DNA of 64,000 nt from Patescibacteria group bacterium (GTDB taxonomy: Bacteria; Patescibacteriota; Minisyncoccia; UBA6257; 2-01-FULL-56-20), in contig JBBTVY010000005.1 of NCBI GenBank assembly GCA_038063055.1, positions 2,444 through 66,443 on the forward strand, in the 5' to 3' direction. Each line of letters begins with the position of its first letter. The first letter of the stretch is position 1. The notes under the pieces are model-generated. The model was not told the DNA's origin. It was given only the letters and a program-made list of their open reading frames with translations, and searched no databases. Below, one piece after another: positions 49,610-58,704 of this stretch. The position numbers and the translations under genes are program-made.

Positions 49610-50155
49610 TTATGCCGCGGCTGTGGCTACTTTCTTGCCGGCCTTTCTTCTGATGACTTCATTTTTATAACGGATGCCTTTGCCCTTGTAAGGTTCCGGT
49701 TTTTTAAGCTGTCTTATTTTAGCCGCCGTTTCTCCCACGAGTTGCTTGTCCATCCCGGACACCGTGATTACGTTTTTTTCGACGGTTATCGAAATGCCCT
49801 CCGGAACCTCGAATTTTACCGGTTTTACGTATCCGAGCGACAGCATGAGATTTTTGCCTTCTGTGTTCGCGCGATAACCTATTCCCTCTATTTCAAGAAT
49901 TTTAGAAAAGCCGGCTGAAACTCCCTGCGAGGCGTTTTTAACAAGAGACCACATTGTGCCGGCGTTGGCGCGCGCCTGTCTGACATTATTGGTCTGTGAA
50001 ATTTCCGCCAAGCCGCCATCGGTCTTTATTTTCAAAAAAGGCAGAATAGAAACCTTCAATTCGCCTTTCGGCCCCTTTAAAAACAAAATTCCGGATTCCT
50101 CCCTAACCGTCACTCCTTCGGGCAATATTACTGGTTTTTTTGCTAGTCTGCTCAT
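49610..50155 (-). CDS. rplF: 50S ribosomal protein L6
   Basis: MSRLAKKPV (start 50155), PEPYKGKGIRY. Confidence 0.96.
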   Translation of the reverse strand: MSRLAKKPVILPEGVTVREESGILFLKGPKGELKVSILPFLKIKTDGGLAEISQTNNVRQARANAGTMWSLVKNASQGVSAGFSKILEIEGIGYRANTEGKNLMLSLGYVKPVKFEVPEGISITVEKNVITVSGMDKQLVGETAAKIRQLKKPEPYKGKGIRYKNEVIRRKAGKKVATAAA

Positions 50156-50237
50156 GAATCGTTTCTGCAAATGGTGCGGGGTAAGGTTTGGCAACCAATC
50201 GCACTGCGCTTATTGCTTGCGCTCTTGGGCCAAGCCC

Positions 50238-50618
50238 TTACCATATTTCGAACAAATATTCCCCGCCGACTTTTTTCTTGCGCGCGTCGCGGTCCGCCAA
50301 AATTCCCTGGGTCGTGGAAAACATGCCAAGCCCGTATCCCTGCTTCACTTTCCTGACTTCTCCGCTTCTGACGTAAATATGGCGGCTTGGACGGCTTATT
50401 ATTTTAAAATCGTTGAATGATGAAGAATTGTTTTTGTAATTAATTTTTATTTCGATGAAATTTCTGTTTCCCACCGTTTTTTTCTGGACATCCTTCAAAT
50501 ATCCGTTGGCGGCGAGAATTTTTGCCACCTCGAAATCAAAATTAGAAAAAGGAGTTGAAAAATTTTCCTTTTTCGCGTTGACTGCGTTTTTAATTTTTGC
50601 CAAAAGGTCGTAGTACAT
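50238..50618 (-). CDS. rpsH: 30S ribosomal protein S8
   Basis: ISRPSRHIY, STTQG, VGGE. Confidence 0.95.
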   Translation of the reverse strand: MYYDLLAKIKNAVNAKKENFSTPFSNFDFEVAKILAANGYLKDVQKKTVGNRNFIEIKINYKNNSSSFNDFKIISRPSRHIYVRSGEVRKVKQGYGLGMFSTTQGILADRDARKKKVGGEYLFEIW

Positions 50619-50625
50619 TGGGTTA

Positions 50626-50703
50626 CTAATTTACAGATTTTTATGAATATACGAATAAAAATTTTGTTTATTTATAAAATTCGTATATTCGTACTGATTC
50701 GTA
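50626..50703. repeat. 78-bp TACGAA/TTCGTA hairpin element identical to 53996-54073
   Basis: Direct comparison of the two intergenic regions. Confidence 0.9.
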
Positions 50704-50713
50704 CTTCGTAAAA

Positions 50714-50899
50714 TCACCATGAAGCTTTTTTAACGCCCGGTATCTCGCCCCGGCTGGCCATTTCCCTGAAACAAATCCTGCACAGGCCAAAAGTTCTCAT
50801 ATATCCCCTTTTTCGTCCGCACCGAAAACAGCGCCTTACGGACCTTGTGGAAAATTTTGGAGTTTTTTTGCTCCGGGCTATTACTGAAAGTTTTGCCAT
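50714..50899 (-). CDS. rpsN: 30S ribosomal protein S14 (Zn-binding type Z)
   Basis: RCFRCGR...LCRICFRE. Confidence 0.96.
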   Translation of the reverse strand: MAKLSVIARSKKTPKFSTRSVRRCFRCGRKRGYMRTFGLCRICFREMASRGEIPGVKKASW

Positions 50900-50900
50900 T

Positions 50901-51422
50901 TTATTTTTTCAGCGGCACGCCAAGACGGCGATATTCGCCTATTGCTTCTTCGCGGTTTTTTTTCTTCGGCACGACGTTGATTCCAAAAGAAAAAATGATT
51001 GGCGATTCTTCCGGGTTTATTTCCGGAAACACCATTTGCTCCGGAAAACCGAGGTTAAGCGTTCCTACCTTGTCTATAAAATCCTGATCAACGCCCCTGA
51101 AATCGCGCACGCGGGGCAATACTATTGTAATCAGGCGCTCAAAAAAATCAACCATTTTATGGCGACGCAGGGTTACCTTGATTCCGACAATTTGCCCTTC
51201 CCTGACTTTGAATCCGGCGATTGATTTTTTCGCTTTTGCCGTTTCTGGTCTCTGCCCTGCGATCGCCGAAATATCACGGATTAACTGCGGCAGGATCTTT
51301 TCGTCAAAATTCGGCTGTTGGCTCAAACGGCCAACGCCGGCGTTGATTACTATCTTTTCCAGAAACTTGGAAATTTCTGGTTTGCGTCCTGTTTTTATTT
51401 TTGAAACGTTAATTTTGGTCAT
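50901..51422 (-). CDS. rplE: 50S ribosomal protein L5
   Basis: [23 protein letters not shown]. Confidence 0.95.
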   Translation of the reverse strand: MTKINVSKIKTGRKPEISKFLEKIVINAGVGRLSQQPNFDEKILPQLIRDISAIAGQRPETAKAKKSIAGFKVREGQIVGIKVTLRRHKMVDFFERLITIVLPRVRDFRGVDQDFIDKVGTLNLGFPEQMVFPEINPEESPIIFSFGINVVPKKKNREEAIGEYRRLGVPLKK

Positions 51423-51454
51423 CTTGTGGTGAGTTTTATCGAACCATTTTTATT

Positions 51455-51772
51455 TCAGATTTTGGCTCCGCATTTTTTGCAGTGGCGCGTTTTTAGTCCG
51501 CCGCCCGACGAACCTTCAATTTGGAAACCGACGCGGGTATGCTTTTTGCAGTTCGGGCAGATAATCATCGCGTTTGAAGACGAAAACGGCCTGGAGACCA
51601 TTACCGTTTCTCCTTTTTCTCCCTGGCGGCGGGGTTTTACCCGCTTTTTGTAGATATTGACTCCCTCCACGGTTATTCTGGATTCCTCCGGAAAAACGCG
51701 GATAACGGCCCCGGTTTTGCCGCGGTCTTTCCCGCTGATTATTTTAACTTGGTCTCCTTTTTTTATTTTCAT
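51455..51772 (-). CDS. rplX: 50S ribosomal protein L24
   Basis: KKGDQVKIISGKDRGK. Confidence 0.96.
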   Translation of the reverse strand: MKIKKGDQVKIISGKDRGKTGAVIRVFPEESRITVEGVNIYKKRVKPRRQGEKGETVMVSRPFSSSNAMIICPNCKKHTRVGFQIEGSSGGGLKTRHCKKCGAKI

Positions 51773-51817
51773 GTTAGTTTTTCTTAACGAACGTAAGTGA
51801 GTTTAGAAACAACTTAC

Positions 51818-51930
51818 ACCCCGCACCTTTGCTGCAAAAATTCAGAATGCGACCCAAAATAAAGCGGAGCGATTCGCCTGCGGCTTTGTTTTGATTTGTT
51901 TTCATAATCTTTGCCATAAAGGTGCGGGGT
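51818..51930. mobile_element. MITE-like element with 13-bp TIRs, nested in an outer inverted repeat
   Basis: accccgcaccttt / aaaggtgcggggt; outer agtttagaaa (51800) / tttctaaact (51963). Confidence 0.75.
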
Positions 51931-51965
51931 TTAGAACTTGTAATTCGCTTCGCTCATAACAATTT

Positions 51966-52334
51966 CTAAACTATTTCTTCGGCCATCGTCATTATTTTTT
52001 CAAAACCCCTGCCTTTCAGTTCCCGCGGCAAAGGCCCGAAAATTCTGGTTGCCACGGGTTCTTTTTTGGCGTCGACAATAACGGCGGCGTTTTCGTCAAA
52101 GCGTACATAGGAACCGTCCGCTCTTCTGTACGGCTTTCTGCTTCTCACAAGAACCGCCCTGACAATGTCTTTATTTTTTATGTTTTTTCTTGGTTCGGCT
52201 TCCTGTACGGACGCTATGAAAATATCTCCGATTCCGGCATAGCGGCGTCTGGTTCCCCCCAAAATGCGGAAACAGCGTATTTTTTTCGCACCGCTGTTAT
52301 CAGCGACTTTTAATATTGAACGTTCCTGAATCAT
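51966..52334 (-). CDS. rplN: 50S ribosomal protein L14
   Basis: VADNSGAK, FDENAAV, TRIFGP. Confidence 0.97.
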   Translation of the reverse strand: MIQERSILKVADNSGAKKIRCFRILGGTRRRYAGIGDIFIASVQEAEPRKNIKNKDIVRAVLVRSRKPYRRADGSYVRFDENAAVIVDAKKEPVATRIFGPLPRELKGRGFEKIMTMAEEIV

Positions 52335-52338
52335 TTTA

Positions 52339-52611
52339 TTATTCCGATTCTTTTCTTTTTTCCGACAGACCGATAATCGTCCACCTTTTATCCTTTGACA
52401 GCGGCCTGGTTTCCTCGATAACGACTTTATCGCCGGCGCGGTATTCGTTTTTTTCGTCGTGCGCCTTGAATTTGGCGGTGACTTTATAGTACTTCAGATA
52501 TTTCGGATGTTTTTTCAGGCGGGTAACCGCAATCACCCGGGTCTTTTGCATTTTGTCCGAAACAATCATGCCGGTTAATCTCCTTTTTCTTTTTTGGGTT
52601 TCTTTAGTCAT
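52339..52611 (-). CDS. rpsQ: 30S ribosomal protein S17
   Basis: [19 protein letters not shown]. Confidence 0.96.
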   Translation of the reverse strand: MTKETQKRKRRLTGMIVSDKMQKTRVIAVTRLKKHPKYLKYYKVTAKFKAHDEKNEYRAGDKVVIEETRPLSKDKRWTIIGLSEKRKESE

Positions 52612-52619
52612 TTTGATAT

Positions 52620-52829
52620 TCATATTTTCCCGCCGTCCGATTTACCTTTAATGAAAGTGATGGTTCTGGCAATGTCTTTTTTAAGAGAGCGGAGGTCCTT
52701 CACGTTTTTAACTTTGCCTGCAGCCAGATCGAATTTTAAAACGCGGAGCTTCTCCCTGGAATCTTTGACGAATTTTTCCAATTCCGCGAGCGGTTTGTTT
52801 TTTAATTCTGTTATTTCTTTTCTTTTCAT
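52620..52829 (-). CDS. rpmC: 50S ribosomal protein L29
   Basis: LKKDIAR motif and operon position. Confidence 0.92.
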   Translation of the reverse strand: MKRKEITELKNKPLAELEKFVKDSREKLRVLKFDLAAGKVKNVKDLRSLKKDIARTITFIKGKSDGGKI

Positions 52830-52842
52830 GTTTTCCCGGTTA

Positions 52843-53262
52843 TTAAGCTTTTGGTTTTGAAACCACGCGGCTCTTGAACGGCAGCTTGTGGGCGGCCCGG
52901 CGAAGCGCTTCGCGAGCCACTTCTTCTCCGACTCCGTCCACCTCGAGAATTATCCTTCCCGGCCTGACTGGGAAAACATAATGGTCGACGCTACCCTTGC
53001 CTCCGCCCATCGTGGTTTCCGGCGGACGCTTGGTAATCGGCTTGTCCGGAAAAACCCTTATCCAAAGCCTGCCTTGTCTCTTAAGAAAATGGGTGACGGC
53101 GCGGCGCGCGGCTTCTATTTGCCGAGAAGTAAGCCAAGCCGCTTCCGTGGCCTTCAATCCGAATTCACCGTAATTAATGAGCACCCCTCTTCCTTCTTTA
53201 AGGCGGCCGCGAGACCTGCCTTTTTGCCATTTCCTGTGTTTTACTTTTTTTGGTATAAGCAT
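52843..53262 (-). CDS. rplP: 50S ribosomal protein L16
   Basis: [21 protein letters not shown]. Confidence 0.97.
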   Translation of the reverse strand: MLIPKKVKHRKWQKGRSRGRLKEGRGVLINYGEFGLKATEAAWLTSRQIEAARRAVTHFLKRQGRLWIRVFPDKPITKRPPETTMGGGKGSVDHYVFPVRPGRIILEVDGVGEEVAREALRRAAHKLPFKSRVVSKPKA

Positions 53263-53304
53263 GTTAGTTTCTAAATTTGTAAGGTTAATTTATAATTTAT
53301 AACT

Positions 53305-53988
53305 TTATGAACTTTTAACTTTTGAAAATACTTCGCCCTTATATATCCAAACTTTTATTCCGATGGTTCCGTAAGTGGTAAAAGCTGTTGCCGTCCCGTA
53401 ATCAATATCGGCGCGAAGATTTTGCAAAGGCAAAGCGCCTTTCTTCAGCGATTCGTCTCTGGCGATTTCAGCGCCGCCAAGGCGGCCCGCCAAAAGAATC
53501 TTTGCTCCCTTTACTTCCCTGTTCTGCACCATCTGCTCCATATATTTTTTCATGGTCCTGCGGAAAGGCATGCGTTTTTCCAAATCCCAGGCTATTTGTT
53601 GAGCCACGTAAGGCGCTGCGATTTCAGACCTCTTGAGTTCTTCAATATTGACGCTCACGTTGACCCGACCCTTGGCTTCTTTTCCTTTTTTGAGAGAATC
53701 TTCCAAAGCTTTCGTGAACTCTTCGATTCCTTTTCCGCCGCGTCCGATTATGAATCCGGGCCGCGCCGCCTTGATGAAAACTTTCAGGTTGTTTATGGTT
53801 CTTTCTATTTCAACCGAAGCGATGCCGGCCATATTCAGTTTCTCGCGTATAAGTTTTCTGATTATCTCGTCTTCGGCGAGATATTTTGGGTAAGTGGAAC
53901 GTCCTCCCTTGTCCGGCAAAAACCAGCGAACCGGCCAGTTCTTTATTATTCCTAAACGAAAAGATTGTGGATTTATTTTCTGTCCCAT
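53305..53988 (-). CDS. rpsC: 30S ribosomal protein S3
   Basis: MGQKINP, GRLGGAEIAR, LRADIDY. Confidence 0.97.
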   Translation of the reverse strand: MGQKINPQSFRLGIIKNWPVRWFLPDKGGRSTYPKYLAEDEIIRKLIREKLNMAGIASVEIERTINNLKVFIKAARPGFIIGRGGKGIEEFTKALEDSLKKGKEAKGRVNVSVNIEELKRSEIAAPYVAQQIAWDLEKRMPFRRTMKKYMEQMVQNREVKGAKILLAGRLGGAEIARDESLKKGALPLQNLRADIDYGTATAFTTYGTIGIKVWIYKGEVFSKVKSS

Positions 53989-53995
53989 GGTGTTG

Positions 53996-54073
53996 CTAAT
54001 TTACAGATTTTTATGAATATACGAATAAAAATTTTGTTTATTTATAAAATTCGTATATTCGTACTGATTCGTA
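53996..54073. repeat. 78-bp hairpin element identical to 50626-50703
   Basis: Direct comparison. Confidence 0.9.
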
Positions 54074-54083
54074 ATTTCGCATA

Positions 54084-54614
54084 CTAAACTGATTTTCTTC
54101 TGAAAATCTTTTTGAAGAAACCCGGTTTCTGGTGGGTGGCCTGTTCCGCCGACTTTCTTTCTGCAGAAAGTTTCTTTTCTTTTTTTGGTTCTTCCTGCGC
54201 GGTTTTTTTGGTTTTTTTCCTGATTTCCATCCTGAAGCGGGCTTTCTTTAATTCGGGATTTTCGGACAAAACAAGGGTAACATGACTCATTTTCTTTTGG
54301 ATAGGGGTGGCTATTCCTTTCGCCCGCGGCAGTATTCTTTTGAGCATCGGGCCCTGGTCGACGCGAATGCTTTCAATGTAAAGTTTGTCCGGACTGGATT
54401 TGAAATTACGTACGGCTCCGGCAACCGCAGAACGCAGCAATTTCAAAATCGGCTTGGCGGCCCGTCTGTTTTGAACGACAAGCTGAGCTTCGGCTTCGTT
54501 TACCGTCAAGCCCTTCAACAAACCGGCAATGGCTCTTGCTTTTCGTGGCGCCATCCGCAGATAACTCAAACGGGCCGTTTCTTTCATTTTTTTGTCGGCA
54601 GTTTGTTCGGTCAT
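54084..54614 (-). CDS. rplV: 50S ribosomal protein L22 with basic C-terminal extension
   Basis: MAPRKAR, VDQGPMLKR, SHVTL. Confidence 0.95.
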   Translation of the reverse strand: MTEQTADKKMKETARLSYLRMAPRKARAIAGLLKGLTVNEAEAQLVVQNRRAAKPILKLLRSAVAGAVRNFKSSPDKLYIESIRVDQGPMLKRILPRAKGIATPIQKKMSHVTLVLSENPELKKARFRMEIRKKTKKTAQEEPKKEKKLSAERKSAEQATHQKPGFFKKIFRRKSV

Positions 54615-54617
54615 GTT

Positions 54618-54935
54618 TTAAGAAGTTTTAGCCGCCGGTTTTTGGGCTGTTTCGGTCTTTTGTTCCAATTCTTTCTGCATCTTTCCGCCGTGCCTCACGA
54701 ACTTTCTTGTCGGAGAAAATTCTCCGAGACGGTGCCCGACCATATCTTCGTTTACCCTGACCTCAATGAAATTTTTTCCGTTGTGGACGGAAAAAACATA
54801 CCCGACCATTTCTGGCGAAATTTCCGAAGCGCGCGACCAGGTTTTTATGGGACTTCCCTCGCCGGCTTTTTGGCGGGAAATTTTTTTCAGAATATCAGAC
54901 GCCACGTAGGGCGGTTTTTTTGATGAACGCGACAT
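54618..54935 (-). CDS. rpsS: 30S ribosomal protein S19
   Basis: [21 protein letters not shown]. Confidence 0.97.
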   Translation of the reverse strand: MSRSSKKPPYVASDILKKISRQKAGEGSPIKTWSRASEISPEMVGYVFSVHNGKNFIEVRVNEDMVGHRLGEFSPTRKFVRHGGKMQKELEQKTETAQKPAAKTS

Positions 54936-55031
54936 AATCGTTTTGTGGTATCGATACCAATATACGTAATGATGCTAATTATACAAATACAATTCGTATC
55001 ATTAGTAAATTAGTATATTCGCATCGATACA

Positions 55032-55853
55032 TTACTTTCTTCGTTTAATTATCATCTTACTCGACCACTTTTTCTTATTTCTGGTTTTTCTTCCGCCGGT
55101 AATTTTACCCCAAAGCGTTTTCGGGCGGCGCGTGCCTCGCGGCTGTCTGCCTTCGCCTCCGCCGTACGGATGGTCAACCGGGTTCATGGCCGTGCCTCTT
55201 ACCGTCGGCCTGATGCCGAGCCAGCGTGAACGCCCTGCTTTGCCGATAACCGTAAGATTGTGCTCGGAATTCGAAACTTTTCCCAACGAAGCATAGCCGC
55301 CCCACTGGACGCGTCTTATTTCACCGGAAGAAAGCTTAAGGTCGGTGTATCCGCCGTCGTTGGCCAGAACTTCCGCGAAAGAACCGGCCGACCTGGCCAT
55401 TTGGCCGCCGCGGCCCGGAGTAAGCTCAACGTTGTGAACCTGATATCCAACTGGTATGTTTTTCAGCATCAGCCTGTTGCCGGTTTTCAGCGGCGCCGAT
55501 TCGGCCGAAATTATTTCGGAGCCGATTTCGAGCCCACTCGGAGCAAGAACGTAGCGGCGTTCTCCGTCTTTGTATTTCAACAGGACTATGAAAGCGGTGC
55601 GATACGGGTCATATTCCAATGTTTCCACCCTGGCCGATTGATTGAACTTGTTCTGCCTGAAATCTATATCGCGATAAAGCTTTTTGTGTCCGCCGGATTG
55701 ATGGCGCGTCGTTATTCTGCCCTGGCTGTTCCGGCCGGCGTGCGCCTTAAGCCGCCTAGTAAGCTGTTTTCGCGGTTTTGTTTTTGAAAGACCGGAATAA
55801 TCCGGATGGGTGGTTTGCCGCCTGGAAGGGGTTGTCGGTGAATAAGTTTTCAT
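55032..55853 (-). CDS. rplB: 50S ribosomal protein L2
   Basis: EYDPYRTA, MNPVDHPYGGGEG. Confidence 0.97.
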   Translation of the reverse strand: MKTYSPTTPSRRQTTHPDYSGLSKTKPRKQLTRRLKAHAGRNSQGRITTRHQSGGHKKLYRDIDFRQNKFNQSARVETLEYDPYRTAFIVLLKYKDGERRYVLAPSGLEIGSEIISAESAPLKTGNRLMLKNIPVGYQVHNVELTPGRGGQMARSAGSFAEVLANDGGYTDLKLSSGEIRRVQWGGYASLGKVSNSEHNLTVIGKAGRSRWLGIRPTVRGTAMNPVDHPYGGGEGRQPRGTRRPKTLWGKITGGRKTRNKKKWSSKMIIKRRK

Positions 55854-55854
55854 T

Positions 55855-56130
55855 TTAGTTTATTTCTATTTTTTGTCCTTCCTTAAGGGTTACGATGGCT
55901 TTCTTGTGGCCGGACCTGGCGCCTGCTTTGTTCCGGAATTTCTTTACTTTCGGATGACGCGTCACTGTCTTGATTTTCACGACATCGATTCCATAAATCT
56001 TTTTAAGCGCTTTTTTTATTTCGTTTTTTGTGGACGAAAGTTCTACCATAAAAACATATTTTCCGGCTTTGCTCAAATCAGTGGCTTTCTCGGTGATATG
56101 CGGCTTTTTTATGACAAATGAGCTTTTCAT
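55855..56130 (-). CDS. rplW: 50S ribosomal protein L23
   Basis: PHITEKA, KKAIVTL. Confidence 0.95.
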   Translation of the reverse strand: MKSSFVIKKPHITEKATDLSKAGKYVFMVELSSTKNEIKKALKKIYGIDVVKIKTVTRHPKVKKFRNKAGARSGHKKAIVTLKEGQKIEIN

Positions 56131-56194
56131 TTTAGTTTGTAATTAAACTTTTGTTTAATCAATCGGTTCGCTCGGCTAAAATTAAAATAGAATT

Positions 56195-56854
56195 TCATTT
56201 TACTCCTCGCTGCCGATTGTAATGCTTGGTTATCGACGGAACGGCTTTCTGGTCTATGAAAACGTTTTTGTGTTTCATTATTTCGTAAACATTAAGCGAT
56301 TCCGGACTTATTACTCCTGCCTTTTGAAGGTTAGCGGCCGCCCTGAAAATTTTTTTATTCTCCATATCCGGAACGAAAAGAATGTCGTACTTATTTGAAT
56401 TTTTCCGGAGTTTAACGAGATTTTTCAAAAGCTCCGCGAGGATTTTTGTTTTAGCCGATTCTATTTCCAGCGTTTCAAAAAATTTGACTTCGCCGTCATT
56501 GAGTTTTTTCGAAAGAAGGCTCATAAGCGCGATGCGGCGCATTTTTTTGTTCACTTTTTGCGAATAATCCCTCTCCTTGCTCGGTCCGTGGGCTTTGCCG
56601 CCGCCCTTCCAGAGCGGAGAGCGTATTGAGCCGTGACGGGCGCGTCCGGTTCCTTTTTGCCTCCACGGTTTCTTGCCTCCTCCTCTGACTTCGCCTCTTC
56701 CTTTGGCGTGCGCCCAGGGACGGCGCAAATTGGCGAGTTGCGCGCTGAGAATCTGGGCGATGAGAGATGCTTTCCACGGCGCGCCGAAAACCTTCTCCGG
56801 CAAATCTATCTCGCCGACTTTTTCATTTTTCCAGTTGTAGATATTCGTTTTCAT
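56195..56854 (-). CDS. rplD: 50S ribosomal protein L4
   Basis: KPWRQKGTGRARHGS; start reassigned to 56854. Confidence 0.96.
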   Translation of the reverse strand: MKTNIYNWKNEKVGEIDLPEKVFGAPWKASLIAQILSAQLANLRRPWAHAKGRGEVRGGGKKPWRQKGTGRARHGSIRSPLWKGGGKAHGPSKERDYSQKVNKKMRRIALMSLLSKKLNDGEVKFFETLEIESAKTKILAELLKNLVKLRKNSNKYDILFVPDMENKKIFRAAANLQKAGVISPESLNVYEIMKHKNVFIDQKAVPSITKHYNRQRGVK

Positions 56855-56929
56855 GAAAATTGATTTATGATTTAAGATTTTGGATTTAAGAATAATTATT
56901 TCGTGTTCATAATTCATAAATCATAATTC

Positions 56930-57502
56930 TTAAATCTTTTGTATCTCAAGTAGTCCTCCGCGGGCTCCCGGAACGGCTCCTTTTATCATTAAAATGTTTT
57001 TATCCACGTCGACTCCGGCTACGGTGAGATTTTTGACGGTAACGCGGTCGCCGCCCATCCGTCCGGCCATTTTCCTTCCCGGAAAAACTTTTTGCGGAGC
57101 GGTTGAACCTATCGAACCGGGGGCGCGCAAGCGGTTCTTCTGCCCGTGCGTTTTTGGACCACCATGGAAACCGTGCCTTTTGACTACGCCCTGGAATCCG
57201 CGCCCCTTGGAAACTCCGCTTACTCTGACAATGTCGCCTTCCTTGAAAACGGAAATGTTAACAGCATCGTCAACTTTGAACTTTTCCGCCAGAGGCGGAT
57301 CCGCCTTCGGCGGAGAACTTTGAACTTTGAACTCTCGCTTTCGTTTGCCGAAAGCGAGCTGGACGGCTTCATAACCGTCTTTTTCTTTTGTGCGGACGAG
57401 AGTTACCTTGTTTTTGGAAACTTCAACCAAAGTCACCGGAATGACCTTGTCTTCTTTCCAAATCTGGCTCATGTTCAGTTTTTTGCCCAATATGAAAGAC
57501 AT
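56930..57502 (-). CDS. rplC: 50S ribosomal protein L3 with palindrome/heptamer insertion
   Basis: MSFILGKK start at 57502, SKGRGFQG, KGAVPG. Confidence 0.96.
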   Translation of the reverse strand: MSFILGKKLNMSQIWKEDKVIPVTLVEVSKNKVTLVRTKEKDGYEAVQLAFGKRKREFKVQSSPPKADPPLAEKFKVDDAVNISVFKEGDIVRVSGVSKGRGFQGVVKRHGFHGGPKTHGQKNRLRAPGSIGSTAPQKVFPGRKMAGRMGGDRVTVKNLTVAGVDVDKNILMIKGAVPGARGGLLEIQKI

Positions 57503-57553
57503 CTTGGTTTTCTGCGAAAATCGGTATGTATACGATTTGGCGCATGCCGGAAT

Positions 57554-57582
57554 ATTGTATACAAACAAACGGCTCCCGTCAA
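57554..57582 (-). promoter_or_regulatory. Sigma70 promoter for the rplC operon
   Basis: TTGACG-N17-TACAAT. Confidence 0.8.
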
Positions 57583-57592
57583 TATGGGTAAT

Positions 57593-57633
57593 AAAAAAAA
57601 TGAATCGCCGGGCTTCCCGAAGGAAGTCCCGGC
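57593..57633 (-). terminator. Intrinsic terminator upstream of the rplC promoter
   Basis: GCCGGGACTTCC-TTCG-GGAAGCCCGGC followed closely by a T8 tract. Confidence 0.75.
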
Positions 57634-57722
57634 TTGATGCTTGGAGATATGTTGATGTACTATAGTATGTCGACTCAATGCCCTCCTCGCTTTTGCATTA
57701 GCCCTTTTTGCCGGATGCTATC

Positions 57723-58046
57723 TTAGAAAGCGTCGATGGCACGAGCTTTTTTCCTTCTCGCCTCCTGGTATTCAGAGGTGCACCGGGTTTTTTCGGCAGC
57801 GATATGGGTGAATAAGTTTTCCCGCCCAGGCAGACCTTGATCCCTGAATTTTTGCTCGAACACATTATGAATGGCGTCATGATTTGCCGGAATGACGGAT
57901 GACTGAACAATGTCCGCCAATGCTGAAAGCACAGCCACATCAATCGTTCTTGTGTTGTGGTCTCTTCTGCCGGATTGGTTGACCCAGTTCGACGTGCTGT
58001 TGACTTGTAACACTATTGCTTCGTGAAACGGTTTCGGCGCTGACAT
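57723..58046 (-). CDS. Hypothetical protein between rpsJ and rplC
   Basis: 107-aa ORF with AGGAG RBS. Confidence 0.65.
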   Translation of the reverse strand: MSAPKPFHEAIVLQVNSTSNWVNQSGRRDHNTRTIDVAVLSALADIVQSSVIPANHDAIHNVFEQKFRDQGLPGRENLFTHIAAEKTRCTSEYQEARRKKARAIDAF

Positions 58047-58125
58047 AGCAGGAAACTCCTAATATTCACATGGCGAATTTGCCATGATTATTAAAACACT
58101 AGAAACTAAAAACTACAAGCGTAGA

Positions 58126-58250
58126 TTTTCGGTTTAAGAGAAGCTATCGCAGACACAAAAAGCTTGGTCTCGCGGAGCGAGTTTTTGTGTCGAGATGCAA
58201 GAATGCCCATCCGCTGGAGATGGGCAATTCTGGTTCTCTTAAACCGAAAA
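58126..58250. other. Branched inverted-repeat element downstream of rpsJ
   Basis: 17-bp perfect outer IR ttttcggtttaagagaa / ttctcttaaaccgaaaa enclosing two hairpins. Confidence 0.75.
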
Positions 58251-58262
58251 TTGGAGCCCCCT

Positions 58263-58592
58263 TTAAGCCATTTTTATCTCTATATCAACACCGGCGGGAA
58301 GATTCAGGTTCGAGAGCGATTCTATTATCTTCTGGTTTGGATTGGAGATGTCTATCAGGCGCTTATGTATTCTCAGCTCGAATTGTTCGCGGGAGTCCTT
58401 ATGGACGAAAGTCGAGCGGTTGACGGTAAATCTTTTTATTTCCGTCGGAAGAGGAATCGGGCCGGTAATTTTGGCATCGTTTCTTTCGGCGGCTTCTATA
58501 ATCTGGCGCGCCGAATTGTCTATGAGCTTGTGGTCGTAGGACTTCAAGCGTAAGCGGAGTTTCTGGGGAAGCTCGTTGTCTTTCTTGGCCAT
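58263..58592 (-). CDS. rpsJ: 30S ribosomal protein S10
   Basis: [15 protein letters not shown]. Confidence 0.97.
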   Translation of the reverse strand: MAKKDNELPQKLRLRLKSYDHKLIDNSARQIIEAAERNDAKITGPIPLPTEIKRFTVNRSTFVHKDSREQFELRIHKRLIDISNPNQKIIESLSNLNLPAGVDIEIKMA

Positions 58593-58704
58593 GTTCGTTT
58601 TACTTCATCAGCGAATAACGAATAATTTTCGAATTTACGAATGGATTTCGACTTTGCTCATCATAAATTCGTATATTCGTAATGGATTCGTTATTCGTTG
58701 ATGG

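Noticed and set aside
50626-54073. CRISPR array
   Set aside because: The repeats are dispersed single copies without regular spacers, and there are no cas genes.
43705-57568. ORF-track N-terminal extensions of tsf, rplF, rplD and rplC
   Set aside because: They run through the upstream gene, repeat elements or promoter; the conserved N-termini begin at 44151, 50155, 56854 and 57502.
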